Origin: Gammaproteobacteria bacterium
Lineage (GTDB): Bacteria; Pseudomonadota; Gammaproteobacteria; SURF-13
Reading direction: 5' to 3'
Length of the DNA stretch: 64,000 nt
Assembly (NCBI GenBank): GCA_030655395.1
Contig: JAURVQ010000083.1
Span: forward strand, 3,907 to 67,906
A model generated the notes under the pieces. That model was not told the DNA's origin, made no database searches, and worked only from the letters and a program-made list of their open reading frames with translations. The position numbers and the translations under genes were made by a program. Below, one piece after another: positions 38,900 to 48,235 of the stretch (within the stretch, counting starts at the first letter, position 1; every line of letters begins with the position of its first letter).

Positions 38900-39556
38900 C
38901 TAATTCTTCCGCTTCAGTAGCATCGTCTGCCCGCTGTGTTGCATTTCGAGACGGCCGAGGAACGACATGCCGAGCAACACCTCGGGCGGCGAGAGGCCCT
39001 CGATCACCATGCCGTCTATCTCGCGTAGCTCAATGTCGCCTACCTTGACCTTGGTGAGCTTGACCACGTAGGCCGGTGCGATGCCGGAGGCGGTGGAGGC
39101 GGTGGTGGGCTGGCCGTTGAGCCGGTAGTTGATGCCGAGCCGTTTGGCCTCGGCGGAGTTCATCGCCACCAGCGTGGCGCCGGTGTCCACCAGAAAATTC
39201 ACGGTGAGGCCGTTGATGGTGCCCACCGTGGCAAACATCCCCTGCGGGTTGCGGATGATCGTCGCACTCGCTTGCTTGGGTGGATCCAGGTGGGTATTTA
39301 CCTGGCTGCCGAGTACATAGGTTTTCTGTTTGCCGTCGATCTCCAGCACCGCCTCGTTGCTGGTGGCGCTCACCAGCTTGACGCCTTCCGGGCTGGTTTG
39401 GCCCACGCTGAGCGCCTGCTGTTTCCCGTCGATGACAACAATGGCCTTGTGCTGGAACAGGCCGAGCACGACTACGGTGTTGACGGCCAATAGCGCGGGG
39501 CTGGCGAGCAGTAGGCCCAGACTGACAGCACAGATACGGATGGCGCGGCAGGACAT
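38900..39556 (-). CDS. Retropepsin-like (clan AA, TIGR02281-type) aspartic protease with N-terminal TM anchor (DTGAT active site)
   Basis: ORF 38900..40297 trimmed to ATG MSCRAIR. Confidence 0.65.
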   Translation of the reverse strand: MSCRAIRICAVSLGLLLASPALLAVNTVVVLGLFQHKAIVVIDGKQQALSVGQTSPEGVKLVSATSNEAVLEIDGKQKTYVLGSQVNTHLDPPKQASATIIRNPQGMFATVGTINGLTVNFLVDTGATLVAMNSAEAKRLGINYRLNGQPTTASTASGIAPAYVVKLTKVKVGDIELREIDGMVIEGLSPPEVLLGMSFLGRLEMQHSGQTMLLKRKN

Positions 39557-39568
39557 GATGCACTTATT

Positions 39569-40273
39569 ATGCTCCGTATGAAGCCGGTGCGCATCTTCCG
39601 CCATGTCGCCAATGAAGGGCCGGGTTATTTCGCCGCGGTGCTGGAGCGGCGCGGTATTGCCTATCAACTGATACACATCGACCAAGGCGAGGCGGTGCCG
39701 CCGGAGGTGGAGGATGTCTCCGGCCTGGTGTTCATGGGCGGGCCGATGAGTGTGAACGACAACCTGCCGTGGATTGCCGAGGAGCTTGCGCTGATTCGCC
39801 GCGCGGCGGAGGCCGGTGTGCCGGTGCTGGGCCATTGTCTCGGCGGCCAGCTCATCAGCAAGGCCCTGGGCGGCGTGGTGAGCGCCAATGCCGTGAAGGA
39901 GGTCGGCTGGCACAGCGTGCAGCGCGTGGACAATCAGCTTGCGCGTGACTGGCTGGATACGTTGCCGCAGGAGTTCGAGGTGTTTCACTGGCATGGCGAG
40001 ACCTTCAGCCTGCCGCGGGATGCAACGCTGCTGCTCACCAGCCCCGCGTGTACGCATCAGGCGTTCGTGTGGCGCAACATGCTTGCGTTGCAGTGTCATG
40101 TGGAGATGACGGCGGCGATGGTGCGCGACTGGGCCGCGCACGAGTGGGCGGCCCCCGGCGCGACGGTGCAGGGCGCACAGAAAATGCAGCAGAACCTGCA
40201 CGCAAAAGTGAGCGCACTCCACTGCGTGGCCGATGTGCTTTATGCGCGCTGGCTGCACCATGTGCAGACGTAA
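39569..40273 (+). CDS. Class I glutamine amidotransferase-like protein
   Basis: ORF 234 aa; GHCLGGQ. Confidence 0.7.
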   Translation: MLRMKPVRIFRHVANEGPGYFAAVLERRGIAYQLIHIDQGEAVPPEVEDVSGLVFMGGPMSVNDNLPWIAEELALIRRAAEAGVPVLGHCLGGQLISKALGGVVSANAVKEVGWHSVQRVDNQLARDWLDTLPQEFEVFHWHGETFSLPRDATLLLTSPACTHQAFVWRNMLALQCHVEMTAAMVRDWAAHEWAAPGATVQGAQKMQQNLHAKVSALHCVADVLYARWLHHVQT

Positions 40274-40457
40274 CCGCAGGACGTGTGAGCTATACATAGC
40301 GCCCTAAATCTACTGCGCGTCTTTGATGCGGGTGCGTGCGGTGCTCGGAATCCTCATGTACTGGTATGTACACTCCGGTTCCTGCGCTCCACCGCCCCCG
40401 CCTGAAAGCCGCTCGCTACGATTTATGTCGCTATGTATAAAAACACCGGGCGCGCTA

Positions 40458-40486
40458 TTGACACGGTAACGAGATGCTCAAATAAT
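40458..40486 (+). promoter_or_regulatory. Candidate sigma70 promoter TTGACA-N17-AATAAT for cspA (~96-nt 5'UTR typical of cold-shock mRNAs)
   Basis: Consensus hexamers read directly. Confidence 0.4.
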
Positions 40487-40588
40487 CAGGGTCGTTATTA
40501 GTGATATGCCTGTTTGCTTCGGCGGGGTTTTCAATCTGAGGCACACTGGCGATGGACAGTGCAGTTATAACTTCAAGGGGTTGCCTGT

Positions 40589-40792
40589 ATGAGTCTTGGT
40601 ACAGTGAAGTGGTTCAACGACAGTAAAGGTTTTGGCTTTATTACCCCCAGCGACGGCACCGAGGACGTATTCGTGCACTACTCCGCCATCGAGTCGGAGG
40701 GGTTCAAGTCATTGGCAGAAGGCCAGACGGTCGAGTTCGAGACGACCAAAGGCCCCAAGGGCCTGCAGGCGGCGCACGTCAAGCCTGCCTGA
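40589..40792 (+). CDS. cspA: Cold-shock protein CspA family
   Basis: ORF 67 aa [18 protein letters not shown]. Confidence 0.9.
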   Translation: MSLGTVKWFNDSKGFGFITPSDGTEDVFVHYSAIESEGFKSLAEGQTVEFETTKGPKGLQAAHVKPA

Positions 40793-40964
40793 GGTGCTGC
40801 ATCCGCTGCGGTGGGCGGATGCGTGAAGTCGGCAGAGACACCCTTCTGCGCTTATCTTGATCTCCTGCCGGTGCGACAGGAGGGTCGTCTTGCGCGGCCT
40901 TTTCTGATACGCTTTTCGCAACTACACAACCCTGCTCCGCACTGAACAGCCGCAAGGAAATCAC

Positions 40965-41108
40965 ATGACGATGCGTAAAATCGAGGCGCTGCTGCTTGCG
41001 GCCATACTGTTAGGTGTGGCAGGCCTGCTCGGCGGCTGCGGGCAGAAGGGCGATCTGTATCTGCCGGATCGTGCACAGACCCAGCCCGACCAGAGCAAGC
41101 CGGGTTAG
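40965..41108 (+). CDS. Small lipoprotein (LptM/YifL-like) preceding lysA, 47 aa, lipobox LLGGC
   Basis: Own translation (below 60-aa ORF cutoff). Confidence 0.5.
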   Translation: MTMRKIEALLLAAILLGVAGLLGGCGQKGDLYLPDRAQTQPDQSKPG

Positions 41109-41146
41109 TAAAACGGCCCGCCCGGTCGTCCCTGCGTCACTACTCC

Positions 41147-42397
41147 ATGGATTCCTTCCAATACCGCAACGGGCGGCTGTTCGCCGAAGCAGCCGATCTC
41201 GCCGCCATTGCCGCGACGCACGGCACGCCGTGTTACGTGTATTCGCGCGCCGCACTCGAAGCGGGTTTCCGCGCGTTTGATGACGCCTTCGCGGCTTATT
41301 CCCATCCGCACCTCGTCTGTTACGCAGTCAAGGCCAACGCCAATCTCGCCGTGCTCAACTGCCTGGCGCGCCTGGGCGCGGGCTTCGATGTGGTCTCTGG
41401 TGGTGAACTCGCACGCGTGCTTGCCGCAGAGGGCGACGCGCGCAAGGTAGTGTTTTCCGGCGTCGGCAAGCGCGCCGACGAGATGCGTCAGGCACTCACG
41501 GCCGGTATCCGCTGCTTTAATGTCGAATCCGCGCCCGAGCTGGAGCGGCTCAACGAGGTGGCGGGTGCGCTCGGCATGCGCGCGCCGGTGGCGCTGCGCG
41601 TCAACCCCGACGTGGACGCGCGCACCCATCCCTATATCGCCACCGGTCTCGCCTGCAGCAAGTTTGGCATCCCCATCGCCATGGCGCCCGCAGTGTATGC
41701 GCGCGCGGCGGCGCTGCCCCATATCGAGATCGTGGGCGTGGACTGCCACATCGGTTCGCAATTGACCGACACCGCACCGTTCGTCGCGGCGGTGGCGCGC
41801 GTGCTCGCGCTGGTGGATGCGCTCGCAGGGCAGGGCATCCACATCCACGAACTGGATCTGGGCGGCGGGCTCGGCATTCCGTATCAGGACGAAACACCGC
41901 CCGCGCCGCAGGAGTATGTCGCGGAGTTGCTGCACGCCGTGGGTGATCGTGCCTGCACCCTGCTCATTGAACCGGGGCGCGCCATCATCGGCAACGCGGG
42001 CGTGTTGCTGACGCGCGTGGAATATCTCAAGCTCAACGGCGCGAAAAATTTCGCCGTGGTCGACGCCGCCATGAATGACCTCATGCGCCCGGCGCTGTAT
42101 GACGCTTGGCACGCGATTGAGCCGGTGCAGCCGCGCAACACGCCCACGCGCGTGTATGACGTGGTCGGCCCGGTGTGCGAGAGCGGCGACTTTCTCGGCA
42201 AGGAACGCGCGCTCGCGCTGGAGCAGGGTGATCTGCTCGTCATCCGCTCTGCAGGCGCCTACGGCATGAGCATGAGCTCCAATTACAATACGCGCCCGCG
42301 CGCCGCGGAGGTGATGGTCGATGGGGCGCAGGTGCATCTGGTGCGTGCGCGCGAAACAGTGGCCGAGTTGTTTGCCGCCGAGCGGCTGCTGCCTTGA
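41147..42397 (+). CDS. lysA: Diaminopimelate decarboxylase
   Basis: ORF 416 aa. Confidence 0.9.
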   Translation: MDSFQYRNGRLFAEAADLAAIAATHGTPCYVYSRAALEAGFRAFDDAFAAYSHPHLVCYAVKANANLAVLNCLARLGAGFDVVSGGELARVLAAEGDARKVVFSGVGKRADEMRQALTAGIRCFNVESAPELERLNEVAGALGMRAPVALRVNPDVDARTHPYIATGLACSKFGIPIAMAPAVYARAAALPHIEIVGVDCHIGSQLTDTAPFVAAVARVLALVDALAGQGIHIHELDLGGGLGIPYQDETPPAPQEYVAELLHAVGDRACTLLIEPGRAIIGNAGVLLTRVEYLKLNGAKNFAVVDAAMNDLMRPALYDAWHAIEPVQPRNTPTRVYDVVGPVCESGDFLGKERALALEQGDLLVIRSAGAYGMSMSSNYNTRPRAAEVMVDGAQVHLVRARETVAELFAAERLLP

Positions 42398-42398
42398 G

Positions 42399-42510
42399 GT
42401 ACCAAGAAGAAAAGACAAGCAATATTGCTTGTCTTTTCTTCTTGGTACCAAATCCTGTTTTACTTACCCCCACCCTGCCCCGCCCCCTAAACAGGGGGCG
42501 GGAACGTAAG
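42399..42510. repeat. Inverted copy of bipartite double-hairpin repeat seen at 15881..15997
   Basis: Direct comparison. Confidence 0.75.
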
Positions 42511-42586
42511 CTGAAATGTCGTCTTACGTGTGAATTACTTAGTACAATACAGTTCCAGCGTGAAGCATTAACCCGGGAATTCAACA

Positions 42587-43132
42587 GTGGAACAATTGCA
42601 CGGAACCACGATTTTATCGGTGCGCCGTAACGGCAGCGTGGTGGTCGGCGGCGACGGCCAGGTGTCGATGGGCAACACCGTGATGAAGAGCAACGCGCGC
42701 AAGGTGCGCCGTCTGTATCACGATCAGGTCATCGCCGGATTCGCCGGCGGCACCGCCGACGCCTTTACCCTGTTCGAGCGCTTCGAAGGCAAACTGGAAA
42801 AGCATCAGGGCAATCTCACGCGTGCCGCGGTCGAGCTCGCCAAGGACTGGCGGACGGATCGCATGCTGCGCCGTCTGGAGGCGCTGCTCGTGGTCGCCGA
42901 CAAGAGCGCCTCGCTCATCATCTCCGGCAACGGCGACGTCATCGAGCCGGAAAACGGCCTCATGGCCATCGGCTCGGGCGGCCCGTATGCGCAGGCGGCG
43001 GCGCGCGCCTTGCTGGAAAATACCGAACTCGACGCGCGCAGCATCGTCGAGCGCGGCCTCGCGATTGCCGCCGACATTTGCGTATTCACCAATCGCACCA
43101 TCACGCTGGAAGAACTTCCGGCAGCCGTCTGA
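42587..43132 (+). CDS. hslV: ATP-dependent protease subunit HslV (N-terminal Thr after Met...TTILSV)
   Basis: ORF 181 aa; high-GC codon usage of upstream genome. Confidence 0.9.
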   Translation: MEQLHGTTILSVRRNGSVVVGGDGQVSMGNTVMKSNARKVRRLYHDQVIAGFAGGTADAFTLFERFEGKLEKHQGNLTRAAVELAKDWRTDRMLRRLEALLVVADKSASLIISGNGDVIEPENGLMAIGSGGPYAQAAARALLENTELDARSIVERGLAIAADICVFTNRTITLEELPAAV

Positions 43133-43140
43133 GCCGCATC

Positions 43141-44484
43141 ATGTCCCTCACACCGCAGCAAATCGTCCAGGAACTGGACAAGCACATCATCGGGCAGGCC
43201 GCCGCCAAGCGCGCCGTGGCGATTGCCTTGCGCAACCGCTGGCGCCGCGGTCAGGTGGATGAATCGCTGCGCAACGAAATCACGCCGAAAAATATCCTGA
43301 TGATCGGGCCGACCGGTGTCGGCAAGACCGAAATCGCGCGCCGTCTCGCCAAGCTCGCGCATGCGCCGTTCCTCAAGATCGAGGCCACCAAGTTTACCGA
43401 GGTGGGTTACGTCGGGCGCGACGTCGAGTCCATCATCCGCGATCTGGTGGACACGGCCATCAAGATGACGCGCGAGGAGGAAATCAAAAAGGTGCGACCG
43501 CGCGCGGAGGAAAGCGCCGAGGAGCGCATCCTCGACATTCTGCTGCGGCCGGCGCGTGAAAGCACGCGTGCGGATGCGACGGTGGTGCAGGACGAACCCG
43601 CCACGCGCCAGGTGTTCCGCAAGAAACTGCGCGAGGGCGTGCTCGATGAGCGTGAGATCGAGGTCGATCTGAGCGTCGCGCCGGTGGGGGTCGAGATCAT
43701 GGCGCCGCCGGGCATGGAAGAAATGAGCAGCCAGTTGCAGAGCATGTTCCAGAATCTCGCGGGTGGCCGCACGCGCACCCGCAAGCTGCGCGTGAAGGAG
43801 GCGTTCAAGCTGCTCACCGATGAAGCCGCCGCCAAGCTCATCGACGAAGAGGCGCTGAAGGCGCGTGCACTGCAAAGCGTCGAGCAAAACGGCATCGTGT
43901 TTATCGACGAGATCGACAAGGTGGCCAAGCGCGGTAATTCCGGCGGCGTCGATGTCTCCCGCGAAGGCGTGCAGCGCGACCTGCTGCCGCTGATCGAAGG
44001 CTGCACCGTCAACACCAAGCTGGGCATGGTCAAGACCGACCACATCCTGTTTATCGCTTCCGGTGCGTTCCACCTGAGCAAGCCAAGCGACCTGGTGCCG
44101 GAGCTGCAAGGCCGTCTGCCGATTCGCGTTGAGCTGAAAGCGCTGACGCCGGGCGACTTCGAACGCATTCTCAGCGAGCCCCATGCGTCGCTGACCGAGC
44201 AATACCGCGAACTGCTTAAAACCGAAGGCTTGGGCATTGAGTTCCTGCCGGACGGAATCAAGCGTTTGGCCGAGATCGCCTGGCAGGTCAACGAGAAGAC
44301 CGAGAACATCGGTGCCCGTCGTCTGCACACCCTGCTTGAGCGCCTGCTGGAGGAAGTGTCCTTCAGTGCCGGCGACATGGCGGGCGCGCAGAATGGCGAG
44401 GCAATCAAGATCGACGCCGACTACGTCAACAGCCACTTGGGCGAATTGGCGCAGAACGAAGATCTGTCTCGTTATATCCTGTAA
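43141..44484 (+). CDS. hslU: ATP-dependent protease ATPase subunit HslU; 5' part has upstream-genome codon usage, 3' part Pseudomonas-like
   Basis: ORF 43078..44484 trimmed to [12 protein letters not shown]. Confidence 0.9.
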   Translation: MSLTPQQIVQELDKHIIGQAAAKRAVAIALRNRWRRGQVDESLRNEITPKNILMIGPTGVGKTEIARRLAKLAHAPFLKIEATKFTEVGYVGRDVESIIRDLVDTAIKMTREEEIKKVRPRAEESAEERILDILLRPARESTRADATVVQDEPATRQVFRKKLREGVLDEREIEVDLSVAPVGVEIMAPPGMEEMSSQLQSMFQNLAGGRTRTRKLRVKEAFKLLTDEAAAKLIDEEALKARALQSVEQNGIVFIDEIDKVAKRGNSGGVDVSREGVQRDLLPLIEGCTVNTKLGMVKTDHILFIASGAFHLSKPSDLVPELQGRLPIRVELKALTPGDFERILSEPHASLTEQYRELLKTEGLGIEFLPDGIKRLAEIAWQVNEKTENIGARRLHTLLERLLEEVSFSAGDMAGAQNGEAIKIDADYVNSHLGELAQNEDLSRYIL

Positions 44485-44513
44485 GGCTTACGCAGGAACC
44501 GCTCTGCTTTAAT

Positions 44514-44600
44514 GTGGGAGCGGGCTTGCTCGCGAATGCGGTGGGTCAGTTTATGCAACGGTGACTGACCCACCGCATTCGCGAGCAAGCCCGCTCCCAC
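44514..44600. repeat. Inverted pair of P. fluorescens-group REP elements (GTGGGAGCGGGCTTGCTCGCGAA...)
   Basis: Recognised REP consensus, palindromic doublet. Confidence 0.85.
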
Positions 44601-44646
44601 AGTTTAAAGCCGGTTCCTTCAGGATCATCTCTGAGCGGTTCCCCAA

Positions 44647-45024
44647 ATGACCAAACTGCCTACCGCCATCAACCTGCACAAAGCCTCCAAGACCCTGGGC
44701 CTTACCTACGGTCCTGACGAGGTGTATCAACTGCCCGCCGAATTCCTTCGCGTGCACTCCCCCTCCGCCGAGGTCCAGGGCCACGGCAAACCGATCCTGC
44801 AATTCGGCAAGCTCAATGTCGGTTTGACCAAGATCGAACCCGCCGGCCAATATGCACTGAAATTGACCTTCGACGATGGCCATGACAGCGGATTGTTCAC
44901 CTGGGACTACCTCTATCAACTTGCCGTGCGTCAGGACGCGCTGTGGGCTGACTATCTTGCCGAGCTGAAAGCCGCCGGAAAAACCCGCGACCCGAGCCAG
45001 TCGGTCGTGCGGCTGATGCTCTAG
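44647..45024 (+). CDS. DUF971 protein conserved upstream of phaC1 in Pseudomonas
   Basis: ORF 125 aa; synteny. Confidence 0.8.
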   Translation: MTKLPTAINLHKASKTLGLTYGPDEVYQLPAEFLRVHSPSAEVQGHGKPILQFGKLNVGLTKIEPAGQYALKLTFDDGHDSGLFTWDYLYQLAVRQDALWADYLAELKAAGKTRDPSQSVVRLML

Positions 45025-45273
45025 CTCAGGCCTCTTGCTCATTAGTGGGCATTTTCTAATTCCATCTGCTTGAATGCCCCTCTGTCGTGGCCAACGATTG
45101 GCCCGCTTGCGAAAAAAATTAAACTCGGGTAACCAATGGAACTGGCAAGTTCCCTGCATTTGACGATGCGGTATTAACGGTCACCCGAGCAGTAGTACCA
45201 GGCTGTGCTGTGTGGCAAGTAGTGGTACACAGCGGTACCCGGTACTCGTCTGTCGGACAATGGAGCGTCGTAG

Positions 45274-46953
45274 ATGAGTAACAAGAACAACGATGACTTG
45301 AAACGCCAAGCCTCGGAAAACACCCTGGGGCTGAACCCGATCATCGCGTTACGGAAAAAGGATTTACTGGCATCCGCTCGGATGGTGCTGACCCAGGCCA
45401 TCAAACAACCGTTGCACAGCGTCAAGCACGTCGCCCATTTTGGCGTCGAATTGAAGAACGTGGTGTTCGGCAAATCACAGCTGACACCCGAGGCCGACGA
45501 CCGCCGCTTCAACGACCCGGCGTGGACCCAGAACCCGCTCTACAAACGTTACCTGCAAACCTACCTGGCGTGGCGCAAGGAGCTGCACGACTGGATCGGT
45601 GACAGCAACCTGTCGGAGCACGACATCAGCCGCGGCCACTTCGTCATCAACCTGATGACCGAAGCCATGGCGCCCACCAATAGCGCGGCCAACCCGGCGG
45701 CAGTCAAACGCTTCTTCGAAACCGGCGGCAAGAGCCTGCTGGATGGCCTGTCCCACCTGGCCAAGGACATGGTGCACAACGGCGGCATGCCAAGCCAGGT
45801 CAACATGGGCGCCTTTGAAGTGGGCAAGAGCCTGGGCACCACCGAAGGCGCCGTGGTGTTTCGCAACGATGTGCTGGAGCTGATCCAGTACCGGCCGATC
45901 ACCGAGCAGGTGCACGAACGCCCACTGCTGGTGGTGCCGCCGCAGATCAACAAGTTCTATGTATTCGACCTGAGCCCGGACAAGAGCCTGGCGCGGTTCT
46001 GCCTGCGCAATAACCAGCAGACGTTTATCATCAGCTGGCGCAACCCGACCAAGGCCCAGCGCGAGTGGGGCCTGTCGACCTACATCGAGGCGCTGAAAGA
46101 AGCGGTGGATGTGGTGAGCGCGATCACCGGCAGCAAAGACATCAACATGCTTGGCGCCTGTTCCGGCGGCATCACCTGCACCGCCCTGCTGGGCCACTAC
46201 GCGGCGCTGGGCGAGAAGAAGGTCAACGCCCTGACCCTGCTGGTGAGCGTGCTGGACACCACCCTGGACACCCAGGTGGCGCTGTTCGTCGACGAGCAGA
46301 CCCTGGAAGCAGCCAAGCGCCACTCCTACCAGGCCGGTGTGCTCGAAGGCCGCGACATGGCCAAAGTATTTGCCTGGATGCGCCCCAATGACCTGATCTG
46401 GAATTACTGGGTCAACAACTACCTGCTGGGCAACGAGCCGCCGGTATTCGACATCCTGTTCTGGAACAACGACACCACCCGCTTGCCGGCCGCGTTCCAC
46501 GGCGACCTGATTGAGCTGTTCAAGAACAACCCGTTGGTTCGCGCCAATGCCCTCGAAGTGTGCGGCACGCCGATCGACCTGAAGCAGGTCACCGCCGATA
46601 TCTATTCGTTGGCCGGCACCAACGACCACATCACGCCGTGGCAGTCCTGCTACAAGTCGGCGCAGCTGTTTGGCGGCAAGGTTGAGTTTGTGTTGTCCAG
46701 CAGCGGGCATATCCAGAGCATCCTGAACCCGCCGGGCAACCCCAAGTCGCGTTACCAGACCAGCGACACGATGCCGGGCAAGGCCCTCGACTGGCAGGAG
46801 AACGCCACCAAGCACACCGATTCGTGGTGGCTGCACTGGCAAGCGTGGCAGGCGGAGCGGTCGGGCAAGTTGAAGAAGGCGCCGACGGCGTTGGGTAATA
46901 AAGCGTACGCAGCGGCTGAAGCGGCGCCGGGCACTTACGTACATGAACGATAA
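45274..46953 (+). CDS. phaC1: Class II poly(3-hydroxyalkanoate) synthase 1
   Basis: ORF 559 aa, lipase box GACSGG. Confidence 0.95.
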   Translation: MSNKNNDDLKRQASENTLGLNPIIALRKKDLLASARMVLTQAIKQPLHSVKHVAHFGVELKNVVFGKSQLTPEADDRRFNDPAWTQNPLYKRYLQTYLAWRKELHDWIGDSNLSEHDISRGHFVINLMTEAMAPTNSAANPAAVKRFFETGGKSLLDGLSHLAKDMVHNGGMPSQVNMGAFEVGKSLGTTEGAVVFRNDVLELIQYRPITEQVHERPLLVVPPQINKFYVFDLSPDKSLARFCLRNNQQTFIISWRNPTKAQREWGLSTYIEALKEAVDVVSAITGSKDINMLGACSGGITCTALLGHYAALGEKKVNALTLLVSVLDTTLDTQVALFVDEQTLEAAKRHSYQAGVLEGRDMAKVFAWMRPNDLIWNYWVNNYLLGNEPPVFDILFWNNDTTRLPAAFHGDLIELFKNNPLVRANALEVCGTPIDLKQVTADIYSLAGTNDHITPWQSCYKSAQLFGGKVEFVLSSSGHIQSILNPPGNPKSRYQTSDTMPGKALDWQENATKHTDSWWLHWQAWQAERSGKLKKAPTALGNKAYAAAEAAPGTYVHER

Positions 46954-46989
46954 AGCACACACAATTTTGTGACTGGAACGGGATCAACT

Positions 46990-47093
46990 GTGGGAGCGGG
47001 CTTGCTCGCGAAGGCGGTGTGTCAGTTGATACATCTGGAGATTGATTCACCGCCTTCGCGAGCAAGTCGAATCGTCGCACCGCCGCTCCCACA
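46990..47093. repeat. REP inverted pair (one arm interrupted)
   Basis: REP consensus. Confidence 0.8.
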
Positions 47094-47142
47094 CTGACCG
47101 AGTTCCGACAGGGAATAGCGCGCCATTTTGCAGGGTAAGCCC

Positions 47143-47988
47143 ATGCCGCAACCGTTTATCTTCCGTACCATCGACCTGGATGGCCAAGCCATCCGCACGG
47201 CGGTACGCCCGGGCAAGCCTCACTTGACGCCGCTGCTGATTTTCAACGGCATCGGCGCCAACCTTGAGCTCGTGTTTCCGTTCGTCCAGGCCCTGGACCC
47301 GGACCTGGAAGTGATTGCCTTTGATGTGCCAGGCGTCGGCGGCTCGTCGACTCCCAGTCGGCCTTATCGCTTTCCCGGCCTGGCCAAACTCACCGCGCGC
47401 ATGCTCGATTACCTGGACTATGGCCAGGTCAACGCGGTGGGCGTTTCCTGGGGCGGCGCGCTGGCGCAGCAGTTCGCCTATGACTACCCGGAGCGCTGCA
47501 AGAAGCTGATTCTCGCCGCCACCGCTGCCGGCGCCTTTATGGTGCCGGGCAAACCGAAAGTCCTGTGGTTGATGGCCAGTCCCCGGCGTTATATCCAACC
47601 GTCCCATGTGGTGCGCATTGCCCCGATGATCTACGGCGGCTCCTTCCGTCGGGATTCCAAGCTGGCCGCCGAACACGCCAGCAAAGTGCGTTCGGCGGGC
47701 AAGCTGGGCTACTACTGGCAACTGTTCGCCGGGCTTGGCTGGACCAGCATCCACTGGCTGCACAAGATCAAGCAACCAACCCTGGTGCTGGCCGGCGATG
47801 ACGACCCGCTGATCCCGCTGATCAACATGCGCATGCTGGCCTGGCGCATACCCAACGCTCAACTGCACATCATCGACGACGGTCATCTGTTTCTGATTAC
47901 CCGGGCCGAGGCCGTGGCGCCGATCATCATGAAATTTCTCCAGGAGGAACGCCTGAGGGCGGTGATTCACCCGCAACCCGCCCTATGA
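47143..47988 (+). CDS. phaZ: Intracellular PHA depolymerase (alpha/beta hydrolase, GVSWGG)
   Basis: ORF 47128(TTG)..47988; ATG MPQPF at 47143. Confidence 0.9.
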   Translation: MPQPFIFRTIDLDGQAIRTAVRPGKPHLTPLLIFNGIGANLELVFPFVQALDPDLEVIAFDVPGVGGSSTPSRPYRFPGLAKLTARMLDYLDYGQVNAVGVSWGGALAQQFAYDYPERCKKLILAATAAGAFMVPGKPKVLWLMASPRRYIQPSHVVRIAPMIYGGSFRRDSKLAAEHASKVRSAGKLGYYWQLFAGLGWTSIHWLHKIKQPTLVLAGDDDPLIPLINMRMLAWRIPNAQLHIIDDGHLFLITRAEAVAPIIMKFLQEERLRAVIHPQPAL

Positions 47989-47997
47989 GCAAGCCCT

Positions 47998-48113
47998 CCG
48001 TAGCAGCTGTCGAGCGCCAGCGAGGCTGCGTCAGCCGCGACTCGGTCCTGCGCCAGGCTCATCATCGGCGGCGCGCTCAACGCAGCCTCGCTGGCGCTCG
48101 ACAGCTGCTACGG
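47998..48113. repeat. Perfect 34-bp inverted repeat (ccgtagcagctgtcgagcgccagcgaggctgcgt) with 48-bp spacer, distinct from the GTGGGAGCGGG REP family
   Basis: Exact reverse complement read directly. Confidence 0.85.
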
Positions 48114-48235
48114 AATTACGAATCACGGAGGTTACAGGGAAGAAATTTTGGTCGCGCATAGGGTCACTTGGCCAGAACCGACTATGGTTCTGAATTGGCG
48201 TGCTTGTTGATGGCTTGACGAAGGAGTGTTGGCGC

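Noticed and set aside
41105-44436. 448-aa and 543-aa minus-strand ORFs overlapping lysA and hslVU
   Set aside because: Antisense artefacts. The forward-strand genes are highly conserved housekeeping genes.
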